Assembly: GCA_902535275.1 (NCBI GenBank)
Contig: CACASS010000001.1
Location: 316 to 64,315, forward strand
Direction: 5' to 3'
Source: an uncultured Pelagibacteraceae bacterium
Lineage (GTDB): Bacteria > Pseudomonadota > Alphaproteobacteria > Pelagibacterales > Pelagibacteraceae
DNA length: 64,000 bases
Shown here: in pieces, positions 9,616 to 19,653 of the stretch
How the letters are laid out: each line of letters begins with the position of its first letter
How positions within the stretch are numbered: position 1 is the first letter of the stretch
Position numbers and translations under genes: made by a program
The notes under the pieces: model-generated
The model's input: only the letters and a program-made list of their open reading frames with translations
Database searches by the model: none
Told to the model about the DNA's origin: nothing

Positions 9616-9909
9616 ATGTCGCCATTAAAAAAAAAAAAACTAAGTAAAATAAGAAAAGAATTGGATAAATTAGACAATTCATTAATAAAAATAATTAAGA
9701 AAAGAACCGGCTTAGTTAAAAGAGTTCTAGCACTTAAAGAAAGAAAAAATCAAATAGTTGATCAAAAAAGAATTAACTTAATTCTAAAAAATATTAAAAA
9801 AAAATCATTAAAAAATAATATTGATCCAAGGATAACAAATAAAATATGGAAAAATATGATCTATGCTTATATAGATTTTGAACGAAGAAATTTTAATAAA
9901 AAAAAATAA
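9616..9909 (+). CDS. chorismate mutase (AroQ type)
   Basis: IRKELDKLDNSL...KRT...K...IVDQKRI pattern. Confidence 0.85.
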   Translation: MSPLKKKKLSKIRKELDKLDNSLIKIIKKRTGLVKRVLALKERKNQIVDQKRINLILKNIKKKSLKNNIDPRITNKIWKNMIYAYIDFERRNFNKKK

Positions 9910-9910
9910 G

Positions 9911-10102
9911 TTATTTACTATGTGGCGGCAGTTTCTTTTCTATAAAGATTTCATGTTTACGAGTTGCAGGATTGTATTTTTTAGCCTTCAGTTTTACTTT
10001 AGCTTTTTCACCTCCAGCTGGCTTTTTAACATAATAAAAAAAAGGACTGTCTGGTTTTTGTTCAGGAACAAGTCTAACTTTAACGTGAGTTTTTTTAGCC
10101 AT
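9911..10102 (-). CDS. rpmG: 50S ribosomal protein L33 (no Zn-binding Cys)
   Basis: VKVRLV...FYYVKK...KKYNPATRKHEIFIEKK. Confidence 0.93.
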   Translation of the reverse strand: MAKKTHVKVRLVPEQKPDSPFFYYVKKPAGGEKAKVKLKAKKYNPATRKHEIFIEKKLPPHSK

Positions 10103-10475
10103 TTCTATTTTTAATATTTGTTATTAAATTTTTAATTGTTTTTATTTTAGATTTTACAAAATCAGTTCTTTTTATAGATATATTGATCAATTCGTCAACT
10201 TCTGAATCTTTAGAATTAAGAACCTTTTTTACTCCATTTAATGTCATACCTTTGTCTTTTAACAAGTATTTGATTTTTTTTAACATATTGATTGCGTTAT
10301 CATCATAATATCTCCTATTTCCTGTAAGAATTTTTGGCTTGATTTGTTTAAATTCTTTTTCCCAAAATCTTATAGTATGAGTAGAAAATGATCCATTTTT
10401 TTGACTAACAAGATTTAAAATCCGTGCTACCTCACCAATAGTTTTATATTTACTATTATCTTTAGATCTACTCAT
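10095..10475 (-). CDS. MerR family transcriptional regulator
   Basis: TIGEVA...IRFWEKEF...RRYY; conserved position after ihfA. Confidence 0.9.
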   Translation of the reverse strand: MSRSKDNSKYKTIGEVARILNLVSQKNGSFSTHTIRFWEKEFKQIKPKILTGNRRYYDDNAINMLKKIKYLLKDKGMTLNGVKKVLNSKDSEVDELINISIKRTDFVKSKIKTIKNLITNIKNRNG

Positions 10476-10764
10476 TATTATTTATATATTTTTTAAATTC
10501 TTTGGATGGTTTAAAAAGTATTACATTTCTCTCTGATATAATTTTTTTTTCTTTTGTTTTTGGATTTCTTCCAATTCTCTCATTTTTTTTTCTAAGAGTA
10601 AAAGTACCAAATTTTGCAATTTTTACTTTTTTATTTAGTATAATATTTTTAAATATAATTTCGAAGATATCTTCTAATAATGTTTCAGTAATTCTTTTTG
10701 AAAAACCTATCTGCATATATATAGAATTAATAATATCTTTTTTTGTAAGGTTAATTCTCGCCAT
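10468..10764 (-). CDS. ihfA: integration host factor alpha subunit
   Basis: FGTF...GRNPKT...FKPS; plsX-ihfA-merR synteny. Confidence 0.9.
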   Translation of the reverse strand: MARINLTKKDIINSIYMQIGFSKRITETLLEDIFEIIFKNIILNKKVKIAKFGTFTLRKKNERIGRNPKTKEKKIISERNVILFKPSKEFKKYINNNE

Positions 10765-11772
10765 TTAATTTATGTTATTTTTAATACGGTCAATTAACTT
10801 ACCTCGAATGGTTTGTTCACAAACTTTTAATGAATTTGCAAAACCGATTGAGTCTGTTGATCCATGGCTTTTAATAACAGGCTTGTCTAGACCAAGTAAT
10901 ATGGCACCATTATATAATCTAGGATCTAATTTATTTTTAAAATTTTTTAGATTTATATAGTTTATTAAAGATGAAAATTTTCCTATAAGAGATGATGATA
11001 GAGCCTTTTTTAACTCACTTATGATAAAATTTGAAGTTCCCTCCGCTGTCTTAAGTGCAATATTACCTGTAAATCCATCTGCAACAATCACATTTACATC
11101 TCCATCCATAATATTGTTTCCCTCTATATAGCCTTTAAAATCAAATAATGAATACTTATTCTCATTCAATGATTGATATGTGTCTTTTATTATAGCATTA
11201 CCTTTTAATTCTTCAGATCCAATATTCAGAAGAGCCACTTGTGGTTTATCGTTATCAAATAATGCTTTATGTAAAGCTGATCCCATTATTGAAAAATCAA
11301 TAAGATTTTTTGTATTGCATTCTATGTTAGCTCCAAGATCTAAAACAACATTCATGCCCTTTTTGCTTGGCCAAAGTGCTGACAAAGCGGGCTTATCTAT
11401 ATTTTCAATCATTTTTAAATTTAGTTTTGATATTAAAAATAGAGCACCTGTATTTCCTGCGGAAACGATAGCATGAGCCTCATCATTTTTAAGAGATTGA
11501 ACGGCAAGCCAAAGGCTTGTATCTTTACCTTTTTTTGCTGCAGTTAAAGGTGTATCTGTTCCTTCAACAATATTATTAGTATGTATTATATCAAATCTAT
11601 TTTTTGATAAATTATACTTTGTTAAAAGAGGTTCTATTAAATTTTTTTTACCAAAAATTTTATAATTTACATTATTTGAGGATTTGGCGTGAATGCTAAT
11701 ACCCTCTATAACTTTATTTGGAGAGTCATCACCACCCATTGCGTCTATAGCAATAATTATTGGGTCGTTCAT
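10765..11772 (-). CDS. plsX: phosphate acyltransferase
   Basis: IAIDAMGGD, SAGNTGA, DGFTGNIALK, KSHGS. Confidence 0.96.
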   Translation of the reverse strand: MNDPIIIAIDAMGGDDSPNKVIEGISIHAKSSNNVNYKIFGKKNLIEPLLTKYNLSKNRFDIIHTNNIVEGTDTPLTAAKKGKDTSLWLAVQSLKNDEAHAIVSAGNTGALFLISKLNLKMIENIDKPALSALWPSKKGMNVVLDLGANIECNTKNLIDFSIMGSALHKALFDNDKPQVALLNIGSEELKGNAIIKDTYQSLNENKYSLFDFKGYIEGNNIMDGDVNVIVADGFTGNIALKTAEGTSNFIISELKKALSSSLIGKFSSLINYINLKNFKNKLDPRLYNGAILLGLDKPVIKSHGSTDSIGFANSLKVCEQTIRGKLIDRIKNNIN

Positions 11773-11779
11773 AAAAAAA

Positions 11780-11959
11780 TTAGTCTTTAGGGTCTAAAAC
11801 TTGTCTTCCCTTATAGAAACCTGTTTTTAAATCTAAATGGTGAGACAATCTATATTCACCTGAACTCTTATCCTCTATAATATTTTTAGAAGTAGATTTA
11901 ATATGAGAGCGTCTTTTACCTGCTCTTGATTTTGTTACTTTACGTTTAGGAACAGCCAT
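11780..11959 (-). CDS. rpmF: 50S ribosomal protein L32 (no Zn-binding Cys), 59 aa
   Basis: Not in the ORF track. Manual translation: [59 protein letters not shown]. Confidence 0.97.
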   Translation of the reverse strand: MAVPKRKVTKSRAGKRRSHIKSTSKNIIEDKSSGEYRLSHHLDLKTGFYKGRQVLDPKD

Positions 11960-11961
11960 AA

Positions 11962-12435
11962 TTAAAATTTAAGGTCTAATATATCTTTTGTAAAGATTTT
12001 TAAAGTATTTTTTGATAAAAAAGCTGAATATTTCTCGAAATAAGCTACAATTAAATCAATATCCCTCGAAATGTTAAGGTAATTCCTTATTATTTGATTT
12101 TTTTTTTCTACATTTGAATTTTCCCAATTCTCAATATTTTCCAAAATAGAGTAGAACAAATTAACATAATCTTTCATTTTTTTATTTACAGAAACATCAC
12201 CATAACCAATTTCCCTTATAGATAATTCAATCTGTTTTATAAAAAAATCAAAAAAATTTTGTGAATCTGATTTGGAATTTACATCTTTATAAATTTTTAG
12301 AAAGAAACCAAAATGAAAAAGAAGAATTATTAGTCTATCAGAAAATGTATCATCATTTTTTAAAACAGAATATAGTTTTTTATTTCTAGTTAATTTTACT
12401 AAATTATTGTAAATATTTAGATATTCTACAGTCAT
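11962..12435 (-). CDS. ubiquinol-cytochrome c chaperone (Cbp3-like)
   Basis: DTFSDRL...[17 protein letters not shown] motif; divergent from bamE as in alphaproteobacteria. Confidence 0.85.
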   Translation of the reverse strand: MTVEYLNIYNNLVKLTRNKKLYSVLKNDDTFSDRLIILLFHFGFFLKIYKDVNSKSDSQNFFDFFIKQIELSIREIGYGDVSVNKKMKDYVNLFYSILENIENWENSNVEKKNQIIRNYLNISRDIDLIVAYFEKYSAFLSKNTLKIFTKDILDLKF

Positions 12436-12888
12436 ATGAAAAAAATTATTATATATTGTTTACTATTACTTACACTGAGTTGTTCAATAAATAAAGTTTC
12501 AAAAACACATGGATTTAGACATATTGAAAACAAATATGATAAAATATTGTTAAATACTTCAAATAAAAATGATGTGAGAAGATTAATTGGTCCTCCATCG
12601 TCAATTAGTGATTTTAATAACTCTTGGATATATATAGAGAGAAAAAAAACTAACCAAGATCTGTTTAAACTAGGGAAAAAAAAGATATCAAAAAATAATA
12701 TTCTTATATTAGATTTTAATGACAGAGGAATTTTAACATACAAAAAACTGTTAGATATAAATGATATGAAGGAAATAAAATTTGCACAAAAAAATACTTC
12801 GAAGAAATATGAGCAAGATAATTTAGTTTATAACTTACTGTCAACTTTAAGAGAGAAAATAAACGCACCCACAAGAAATAAGAAATAA
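12436..12888 (+). CDS. bamE: outer membrane protein assembly lipoprotein BamE/OmlA
   Basis: Lipobox LSC; KNDVRRLIGPPS...WIYI. Confidence 0.85.
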   Translation: MKKIIIYCLLLLTLSCSINKVSKTHGFRHIENKYDKILLNTSNKNDVRRLIGPPSSISDFNNSWIYIERKKTNQDLFKLGKKKISKNNILILDFNDRGILTYKKLLDINDMKEIKFAQKNTSKKYEQDNLVYNLLSTLREKINAPTRNKK

Positions 12889-12889
12889 T

Positions 12890-13855
12890 CTATAATTGCA
12901 TATAAAATTCAGTAATCTTTTTACAAATTTCATCATAATTAAATCTATCTAAATCATATTTTTTTTTTGGGGGTTTTTTTAAAAAAGCTTCCGTAATTTT
13001 TAATCTTAAGTCTTTAGCATCAGTGAAAATACTTACATCAAAATCATTTATCCATTCTTTATTACCCTCATGTATAGATGTTATGACCGGCAAATTATTG
13101 GACATTGCTTCTATTAGTGCAATACCAAATGTTTCCCATCTAGATGCAGATATATAACAGTCAAATGATTTTAAATAACTAGAAACATTATCCTGATGAT
13201 CGAGAAGGATTATATTTTTACTTTCATAAGAAGGATATTCATTGTGCCCATTTCCTATTAATATTAAAAAACAATTGTCTAAATTTAAACTTTTAAAGCT
13301 TTCAACAATGATATCGAACCCTTTTTGACTTATAAATCTACCAATAGATCCAAAGATAAAGCTATTTTTTGGAATATTTAAATTTTTTCTAATATCAATA
13401 TTATTAGCTTCGTGAAAATTTTGAGAGCATGGCCACAAATAACTTTTTTTAATTATTCCTTTAAAGCTTTGTGAAGCTTTTTCTTTCTGTACGTCATTGG
13501 AGACTATTAATCCATCATGTTTACTATAATGACCTTTTTGATAGTTCATGTGAAGAGTTGCTACTAATTTAAAATTTTTTTTAATTACTATTTTACTGGC
13601 ATTTCCTAAATGTGTATGAACAACATCAGGATTAATTTCGTCAATTTTATTATTAATTTTAAATTTTTTTAAAAAACTATTAAAATTAAAAACTTTAGTT
13701 TTGCTATTTAAAAATTTTTTATATTTTACATTATTTGTTTCATTTATCTTAATTAAGAAAGTATTATGGAATTTTGATTGATAGTTTAATAAATTAATAG
13801 CATATAATTCAGAACCAGCAAAACCTTTTGAAATTATTACATGTAATATTTTCAT
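12890..13855 (-). CDS. glycosyltransferase family 4
   Basis: FAGSE, VVHTH, GRFISQKG, ETFGIALIEAM. Confidence 0.9.
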   Translation of the reverse strand: MKILHVIISKGFAGSELYAINLLNYQSKFHNTFLIKINETNNVKYKKFLNSKTKVFNFNSFLKKFKINNKIDEINPDVVHTHLGNASKIVIKKNFKLVATLHMNYQKGHYSKHDGLIVSNDVQKEKASQSFKGIIKKSYLWPCSQNFHEANNIDIRKNLNIPKNSFIFGSIGRFISQKGFDIIVESFKSLNLDNCFLILIGNGHNEYPSYESKNIILLDHQDNVSSYLKSFDCYISASRWETFGIALIEAMSNNLPVITSIHEGNKEWINDFDVSIFTDAKDLRLKITEAFLKKPPKKKYDLDRFNYDEICKKITEFYMQL

Positions 13856-13900
13856 AAATGAATTAATATTTTTGATTATAAATAATAATATAAACTAAAA

Positions 13901-14608
13901 ATGAAGTTTTTGAAAAAAATTGCAAGTGTATTTGGTTATAGCTTAACAAGAAAACATAAAACTGAGGATTTAAGTCAGCTAATAGAACTACGTTTAAAAA
14001 ATAACCCCTGTGATTGCTTATTAGATGTTGGAGCCAATGTAGGTAATTTTTTAAATGAATATAGCACTTTTTTTGAAAATTCATACGCATTTGAACCAAA
14101 TAAAGACTTAGTAATTAAACTTAATGAAAGATTTTCTAAAAATAAAAATATTAAAATATATGAACTTGGTGTAGGAAACATTAATAGTATTAATAATTTA
14201 TTTGTTACTGGTGATAAAGGCAAAACTTTAAGCTCTATAAAAAAACAATCTCAAATAATTAGTCAGATTTTAAAAAATACACATATCGTTGATGAATATA
14301 ATGTTAAAATCATAAAACTAAGTGAATTTATTGATAAAAATAATTTATCTAGTAAAAGTTTTTTTTTAAAAACTGATACGCAAGGAAATGATCTTGAAGT
14401 ATTGCTTGGGCTCGAAAATTTTATTAAAAATGTAAAATATATAAAAATAGAAATGCCAGTTATAAATATATATGAGATAAATTATAATTTTTACAACATA
14501 AACAAATTTATGAAATCATACAATTTTTATCCATTATATATAGAACATATATCAAGGAACAAGGTTGGAGAATTGGTTGAATATGACGCTGTTTTTGAGA
14601 AAAAATAA
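13901..14608 (+). CDS. FkbM family methyltransferase
   Basis: LDVGANVG, AFEP, LKTDTQGND. Confidence 0.88.
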   Translation: MKFLKKIASVFGYSLTRKHKTEDLSQLIELRLKNNPCDCLLDVGANVGNFLNEYSTFFENSYAFEPNKDLVIKLNERFSKNKNIKIYELGVGNINSINNLFVTGDKGKTLSSIKKQSQIISQILKNTHIVDEYNVKIIKLSEFIDKNNLSSKSFFLKTDTQGNDLEVLLGLENFIKNVKYIKIEMPVINIYEINYNFYNINKFMKSYNFYPLYIEHISRNKVGELVEYDAVFEKK

Positions 14609-14625
14609 AAACTTATCAAATTTCA

Positions 14626-14700
14626 TGGCGGTCCCTAGGGGAATCGAACCCCTCTTTCATGGATGAAAACCATGTGTCCTAACCGATAGACGAAGGGACC
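14626..14700 (-). tRNA. tRNA-Glu(TTC)
   Basis: GGTCCCTTCGTCTATCGGTTAGGAC-ACATGG-TT-TTC-AT-CCATG...GGTTCGATTCCCCTAGGGACCGCCA. Confidence 0.97.
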
Positions 14701-14735
14701 AGTGCAGGATCTTTTATTGTAATTTTTTCAATTAA

Positions 14736-15680
14736 TCAAGTAATCGTAACTTCTTTTTTTACTAACTGAAAAATAGATTTACCATGGATCACAATTGTTT
14801 CAGTTATATATTTATCATCTTTTTTTATAATACCATTCATTAAATCTCCCTTGGTAATTCCTGTGGCACAGAATATGCTTTCTCCTCTGACTATTTCATT
14901 TATCTCATATTTTTTATTTAAATCAATAATCCCCATTTTATTTGCTCTTTTTATATCTTCAGGTGATTCAAATAGAAATCTACCTTGAAATTTACATCCT
15001 AGGGTGTCCAAAGCTGCTGCTGCTATAACTCCCTCTGGACCTCCACCAGTTCCCATAAATATATCAACACCAAATTTTTTGTTTGCTACCAGCAAAGCTC
15101 CAGATACATCTCCATCTGATATATATTTAATATTTACATTTAACCTGTTTAACTCTTTAATAATGTTATTGTGTCTTGGCCTATTTAGTAAACAGACAGT
15201 AATATCTTTTAACTTTTTATTTGCCGCATCAGAATAATTTTTAATATTTTTCTCAACTGTAAAATCAAGATCTAAAGCATCTTTTGGTATATGGCTGCCG
15301 GTTGCAATTTTTTCCATATATGTTTCGGGAGCATTAAATAAATTACCTTTTTCAGCTATAGCTATAACTGACATTGCACCTGGTAAGTTTTTTGCAACAA
15401 AATTTGTACCTTCAACAGGATCAACTGCTATATCTATTTCAGGACCATCTCCTTTACCGATTTTTTCTCCAATAAACAACATTGGAGCATCATCTAGTTC
15501 TCCCTCACCAATCACAACCTCGCCTTTTATATTTAATTGATTAAGTTCATTTCTCATAACATCTGTTGCTGCTTTATCTGCTAAAATTTTTTCATGTTTC
15601 CCTATAAATGGAAAGCATGCAACAGCAGAATTTGATGTAATTTGAATAAGATTATTTAATAAATCTTGCGATAATGTCAT
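14736..15680 (-). CDS. glpX: class II fructose-1,6-bisphosphatase
   Basis: VIGEGE, DPVEGT, RPRH, DGDV, GGPEGVI. Confidence 0.95.
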   Translation of the reverse strand: MTLSQDLLNNLIQITSNSAVACFPFIGKHEKILADKAATDVMRNELNQLNIKGEVVIGEGELDDAPMLFIGEKIGKGDGPEIDIAVDPVEGTNFVAKNLPGAMSVIAIAEKGNLFNAPETYMEKIATGSHIPKDALDLDFTVEKNIKNYSDAANKKLKDITVCLLNRPRHNNIIKELNRLNVNIKYISDGDVSGALLVANKKFGVDIFMGTGGGPEGVIAAAALDTLGCKFQGRFLFESPEDIKRANKMGIIDLNKKYEINEIVRGESIFCATGITKGDLMNGIIKKDDKYITETIVIHGKSIFQLVKKEVTIT

Positions 15681-15686
15681 TTAATA

Positions 15687-16682
15687 CTAAGTTCGAATTT
15701 TTTCGTCTTTATCTTTGTTTTCAAGTTTATACTCAAATTCTCTTAATCTTTTATAAACACTTGCGAGTTCTATTATTGTTGGCCATGCCTTTAATATATA
15801 CTGCATTGAACCCTCTACTCTTCCAAAAGCTCTTATAATTTGTTGCATTACTCCAAGGGTAACAGCACCAGCAACTATAGCAGGCGCAAGAAATACATAT
15901 GCTGATAACACGTTAGCTTGTAAATAGGCTATTCTTCCAACATTAAAGTAAAGGTATCTTAAATAACTAAGAAAATGAATGCTTCTTACATCATCAAATA
16001 ATTCTTCAATTGATTTTGGTCTTACTGTTCCATCATCTTCTGCTATAACCAAGATCTTTCTATAAGCAGCCTCTTTTTTTTGAAGATCATACTCCACACC
16101 TACAAGTCTTAAAATTAGACCTAAAATAACCAAAAAAATTGTACCGCCAATTGACCATATTAATGCTCCAACAATTAAACCATACTCCCAGTTTCCAAAA
16201 AAAAATATTGGTATACCAATACTTAAACCAAAAAGGATTGGCATAAATTCAATCAATATCATTATTGCTTCTATTAAACTTGTGCCTAATGACTCCATTA
16301 TTCTTGAGAACTTTATAGTATCCTCCTGCACTCTTTGAGAGGCACCCTCAATCTTACGGGCCTTTTCATAAACACTATGGTAATACTCTACCATAGCAGT
16401 TCTCCACCTGAACAAATAATGTGAAGTAAAATAACTTACAATAACAGCTACACCCACATACATAGCTGCTAAAACAATAAAAGACAGTAAACTTGCCCAG
16501 TATTCTTCAATAGTGATTGCATTTGGCTTACCAAGAGCTTTTTGGATCATGTCATAAAATTCCCCAAACCACTCATTTATTTCGACATCAATTTTAACTT
16601 GGATCCATAATGATGATAATATTATTATCGATCCAATCCAAGACCAAATATACCATTTCTTTACAGTAAAGAATCTAAACAT
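15687..16682 (-). CDS. SbmA/BacA-like peptide transporter
   Basis: FRWRTAM, IEGASQRVQEDT, EAAYRK, WPTIIELASVYKRL. Confidence 0.9.
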   Translation of the reverse strand: MFRFFTVKKWYIWSWIGSIIILSSLWIQVKIDVEINEWFGEFYDMIQKALGKPNAITIEEYWASLLSFIVLAAMYVGVAVIVSYFTSHYLFRWRTAMVEYYHSVYEKARKIEGASQRVQEDTIKFSRIMESLGTSLIEAIMILIEFMPILFGLSIGIPIFFFGNWEYGLIVGALIWSIGGTIFLVILGLILRLVGVEYDLQKKEAAYRKILVIAEDDGTVRPKSIEELFDDVRSIHFLSYLRYLYFNVGRIAYLQANVLSAYVFLAPAIVAGAVTLGVMQQIIRAFGRVEGSMQYILKAWPTIIELASVYKRLREFEYKLENKDKDEKIRT

Positions 16683-16684
16683 TA

Positions 16685-16963
16685 TTAAATAAAATTATCT
16701 GAATAGGATTTTTTAATTATTTTTCTTTTTTTTGATTCAACCACTTCAAAATTTAAGCCATTTTTTGTTGCATACTCAATAGCTAAATCTTTAGATTTAA
16801 ACTCTAATTTCAATTCTGAATAAGTATCTGATGAACTTTCCCAACCCATAAGTGGATTTCTACCAGGATCTTCAGTTATAAATTCTAAAATCCATTTATC
16901 AAACTTTTTAAAGCCTGATTGCATAGCAGTTTTGGATGGTTTGTAAATTTTAGCTTTTTTCAT
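16685..16963 (-). CDS. ETC complex I subunit (NDUFS4-like)
   Basis: AKIYKPSKTAMQSG...NPLMGWESS...SYSDNF; start moved to ATG 16963. Confidence 0.9.
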   Translation of the reverse strand: MKKAKIYKPSKTAMQSGFKKFDKWILEFITEDPGRNPLMGWESSSDTYSELKLEFKSKDLAIEYATKNGLNFEVVESKKRKIIKKSYSDNFI

Positions 16964-17786
16964 TATAAAATTTATATATATAGTTTGAGTTTGTGGCAAA
17001 ACATATTTTGTACTTATGTTTTTTAATAAGTTTGTCTGTAGCAGAATATCTACGGCTATTATTGTGTTCAACAATTAGATATTTAGGAAATAAGTTAATT
17101 TTAAGATTATTAAAATAATTTTTTAAAATTTTATATTCATATCCTTCTGTGTCAATTTTGATACAAAAGATAGATTTTACTTTATATTTATTAACAATAT
17201 CTATTAATTTTTTGGTTTTCACATAAATATTATTTTTATTTTTTTTTATGATTTTGGAATTTGCATAATTTTCTGACATATCGATAGAAGCGAGATTATT
17301 GTTATTAGTTATAGCTATATTTTCAAGAAAAAATTTATTCTTTACGTATTTATTTTTTTTTTTTAATAATTCAAAGTTTTCACTTAATCTTTTAAAGCTA
17401 ATATAGTTAGGCTCAATAGAAATAACTTTTATTTTTTTATTTTTGTTATTTAAATTTGCTAAATTAAGACTGTACATTCCAATATATGCACCAATATCAA
17501 TAAATAATTGATTATCTTTGATTTCTTTTCTAAGAAAATTAAGCTCTTTATTTTCACTTCTTTGGAAATAAAGTTTTGTACCTGATTTCTTATCACCATA
17601 AAAATTAATATAAAAATCATAATACTTTAATTTAAATAACGGTTTTTTTAAGTTGTATTTTGGATTAGAAAAAATAATTTTTTCAGCAAGGTAAATTAGT
17701 ATTTTTCTGAATTTTCCACGTCCAAGTAACGTATTTTTGCCAATTATAATAATTAATTTTATTAATAAAATTTTAAACTTACCCAT
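16950..17786 (-). CDS. FkbM family methyltransferase
   Basis: IDIGAYIG, SIEPN, IKIDTEGYE. Confidence 0.88.
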   Translation of the reverse strand: MGKFKILLIKLIIIIGKNTLLGRGKFRKILIYLAEKIIFSNPKYNLKKPLFKLKYYDFYINFYGDKKSGTKLYFQRSENKELNFLRKEIKDNQLFIDIGAYIGMYSLNLANLNNKNKKIKVISIEPNYISFKRLSENFELLKKKNKYVKNKFFLENIAITNNNNLASIDMSENYANSKIIKKNKNNIYVKTKKLIDIVNKYKVKSIFCIKIDTEGYEYKILKNYFNNLKINLFPKYLIVEHNNSRRYSATDKLIKKHKYKICFATNSNYIYKFYNEKS

Positions 17787-17788
17787 AA

Positions 17789-17865
<77 letters not shown>

Positions 17866-17960
17866 ATTGCAGTACTAATACAGCAGATAAAAGAAAATTC
17901 AAAGGTTATATTAGTTACAAATTTATAATAAATTTGTTATTTAATGCTATAAGAGATCAT

Positions 17961-18470
17961 ATGATCATAGAATGTCCTAATTGTATAAAGAAATTTAATC
18001 TTGATGTAAAATTGATACCTGAAAAAGGTAGAACACTTAAGTGTGGTAATTGTGACCATGTCTGGCACTATAAAATTACTCTAAATAAAAAAAATGATGA
18101 GCCAAAAATATCTGAAGACATAAACTCTGAAATAGATATTAATACTTTTAAAAAAGATAATGAAATTATCGAAAAGGTTAATGAAGAGGATATTTCAGAT
18201 AAAAACAAAGAAGTCATATCAGAAATTAAAGCTGATGAATCAGAAGCTGAAAAAAAAGATGAAAGAGTGGATTATGAGAAAGGTATTGAACTTAAGATGG
18301 TATTTATATATTTTGTAATTTTTATAATATCTTTATCAGGTCTGATTTTTTTATTAGATACGTTTAAATATAATTTATCTATTGCATTTCCTGGTATAGT
18401 TCCTTTGTTTGATAGTCTTTACGAAACTCTGCTGGATTTAAAACTTTTTTTTAAAGATCTAGCTAACTAA
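17961..18470 (+). CDS. MJ0042-type zinc-ribbon membrane protein
   Basis: MIIECPNC...GRTLKCGNCDHVW, acidic linker, C-terminal TM; start at ATG 17961. Confidence 0.85.
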   Translation: MIIECPNCIKKFNLDVKLIPEKGRTLKCGNCDHVWHYKITLNKKNDEPKISEDINSEIDINTFKKDNEIIEKVNEEDISDKNKEVISEIKADESEAEKKDERVDYEKGIELKMVFIYFVIFIISLSGLIFLLDTFKYNLSIAFPGIVPLFDSLYETLLDLKLFFKDLAN

Positions 18471-18472
18471 AT

Positions 18473-19645
18473 ATGATTCAAAAAATTACAAAAGGTTTTA
18501 TATCATTTTTTAAACTTGAAGCCGCAAGTGGCATAGTTCTTCTTTTTGCGGCTATAATTGCCTTGATTATTAGTAATTCTGAATTGTCGACGTTATATTT
18601 CGCTACATTAGAGAAGTATTTGTTTATTGGAATAAATAATTTTGGTCTTAAACTTTCAGTTTTGCATTGGATAAATGATGCATTAATGGCAATATTTTTC
18701 TTTTTTGTAACACTTGAAATTAAAAGAGAGTTTTTGCAGGGAGAATTATCAAATATAAAACAAGCACTCCTGCCTATAATTGCTGCTGTAGGCGGAATGG
18801 TAGTTCCAGCTTTGATTTATGTTTTTATAAATTTAGGAGATGAAGAAACACTTAAAGGTTGGGCAATACCTTCTGCTACAGATATAGCCTTTTCTTTAGG
18901 AGTATTGTCATTATTAGGAAGCAGAGTCCCTCTTTCTTTAAAAGTATTTCTTACAGCTTTAGCAATTATAGATGATTTAGGTGCAATAGTTATAATAGCG
19001 TTGTTTTACTCTGGTGATTTAAGTATTAAATATTTATCTTTGATGCTTTTAGCGTTTATTGCTCTATTAGTTATAAATAAATTTAATGTAAAAAAATTTC
19101 TACCATATTTAATAATTGGAATTTTCTTATGGGATTTTACTCACAATTCAGGAATTCATGCAACAATTGCCGGTGTATTGCTTGCAATGACAATACCTCA
19201 TAGAAAAAAGGATAAAGATTTCTCACTCTTAATTAAAGTTGAACATGCAATAAATCCCTATGTTGCATTTGGAATAATGCCTATTTTTGCTTTTGCTAAT
19301 GCAGGTGTATCTTTGGAAGGTTTATCTTTTTCATCTTTATTAGATAAAGTTCCTTTGGGTATAGTTTTAGGATTATTTGTAGGAAAACAATTGGGTGTTT
19401 TTGTATTTTCATATGTATCAATTAAATTAAAAGTTGCTCAAATGCCAAGTAATACAAGTTGGTATAATTTCTATGGTGTTGGTGTTTTAACAGGCATTGG
19501 TTTTACAATGAGTTTATTTGTTGGAAATTTAGCTTTTGCAGAAAGTTTGCAATACATGGATGGTGTTAAAATTGGAGTTTTAACTGGGTCATTATTATCC
19601 ACTTTATTTGGTTACTTTTTAATATTACTTACACCAAATAAATAA
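18473..19645 (+). CDS. nhaA: Na+/H+ antiporter NhaA
   Basis: WINDALM, ATDIAF, AIIDD, GIGFTMSLF. Confidence 0.96.
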   Translation: MIQKITKGFISFFKLEAASGIVLLFAAIIALIISNSELSTLYFATLEKYLFIGINNFGLKLSVLHWINDALMAIFFFFVTLEIKREFLQGELSNIKQALLPIIAAVGGMVVPALIYVFINLGDEETLKGWAIPSATDIAFSLGVLSLLGSRVPLSLKVFLTALAIIDDLGAIVIIALFYSGDLSIKYLSLMLLAFIALLVINKFNVKKFLPYLIIGIFLWDFTHNSGIHATIAGVLLAMTIPHRKKDKDFSLLIKVEHAINPYVAFGIMPIFAFANAGVSLEGLSFSSLLDKVPLGIVLGLFVGKQLGVFVFSYVSIKLKVAQMPSNTSWYNFYGVGVLTGIGFTMSLFVGNLAFAESLQYMDGVKIGVLTGSLLSTLFGYFLILLTPNK

Positions 19646-19653
19646 TTTAAATA

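Noticed and set aside
9627-9639. A13 homopolymer in chorismate mutase (also T12 at 17353-17364 in FkbM) as phase-variation tracts
   Set aside because: Both are in-frame Lys runs. Long A/T runs are frequent across this AT-rich window, and there is no evidence of slippage.
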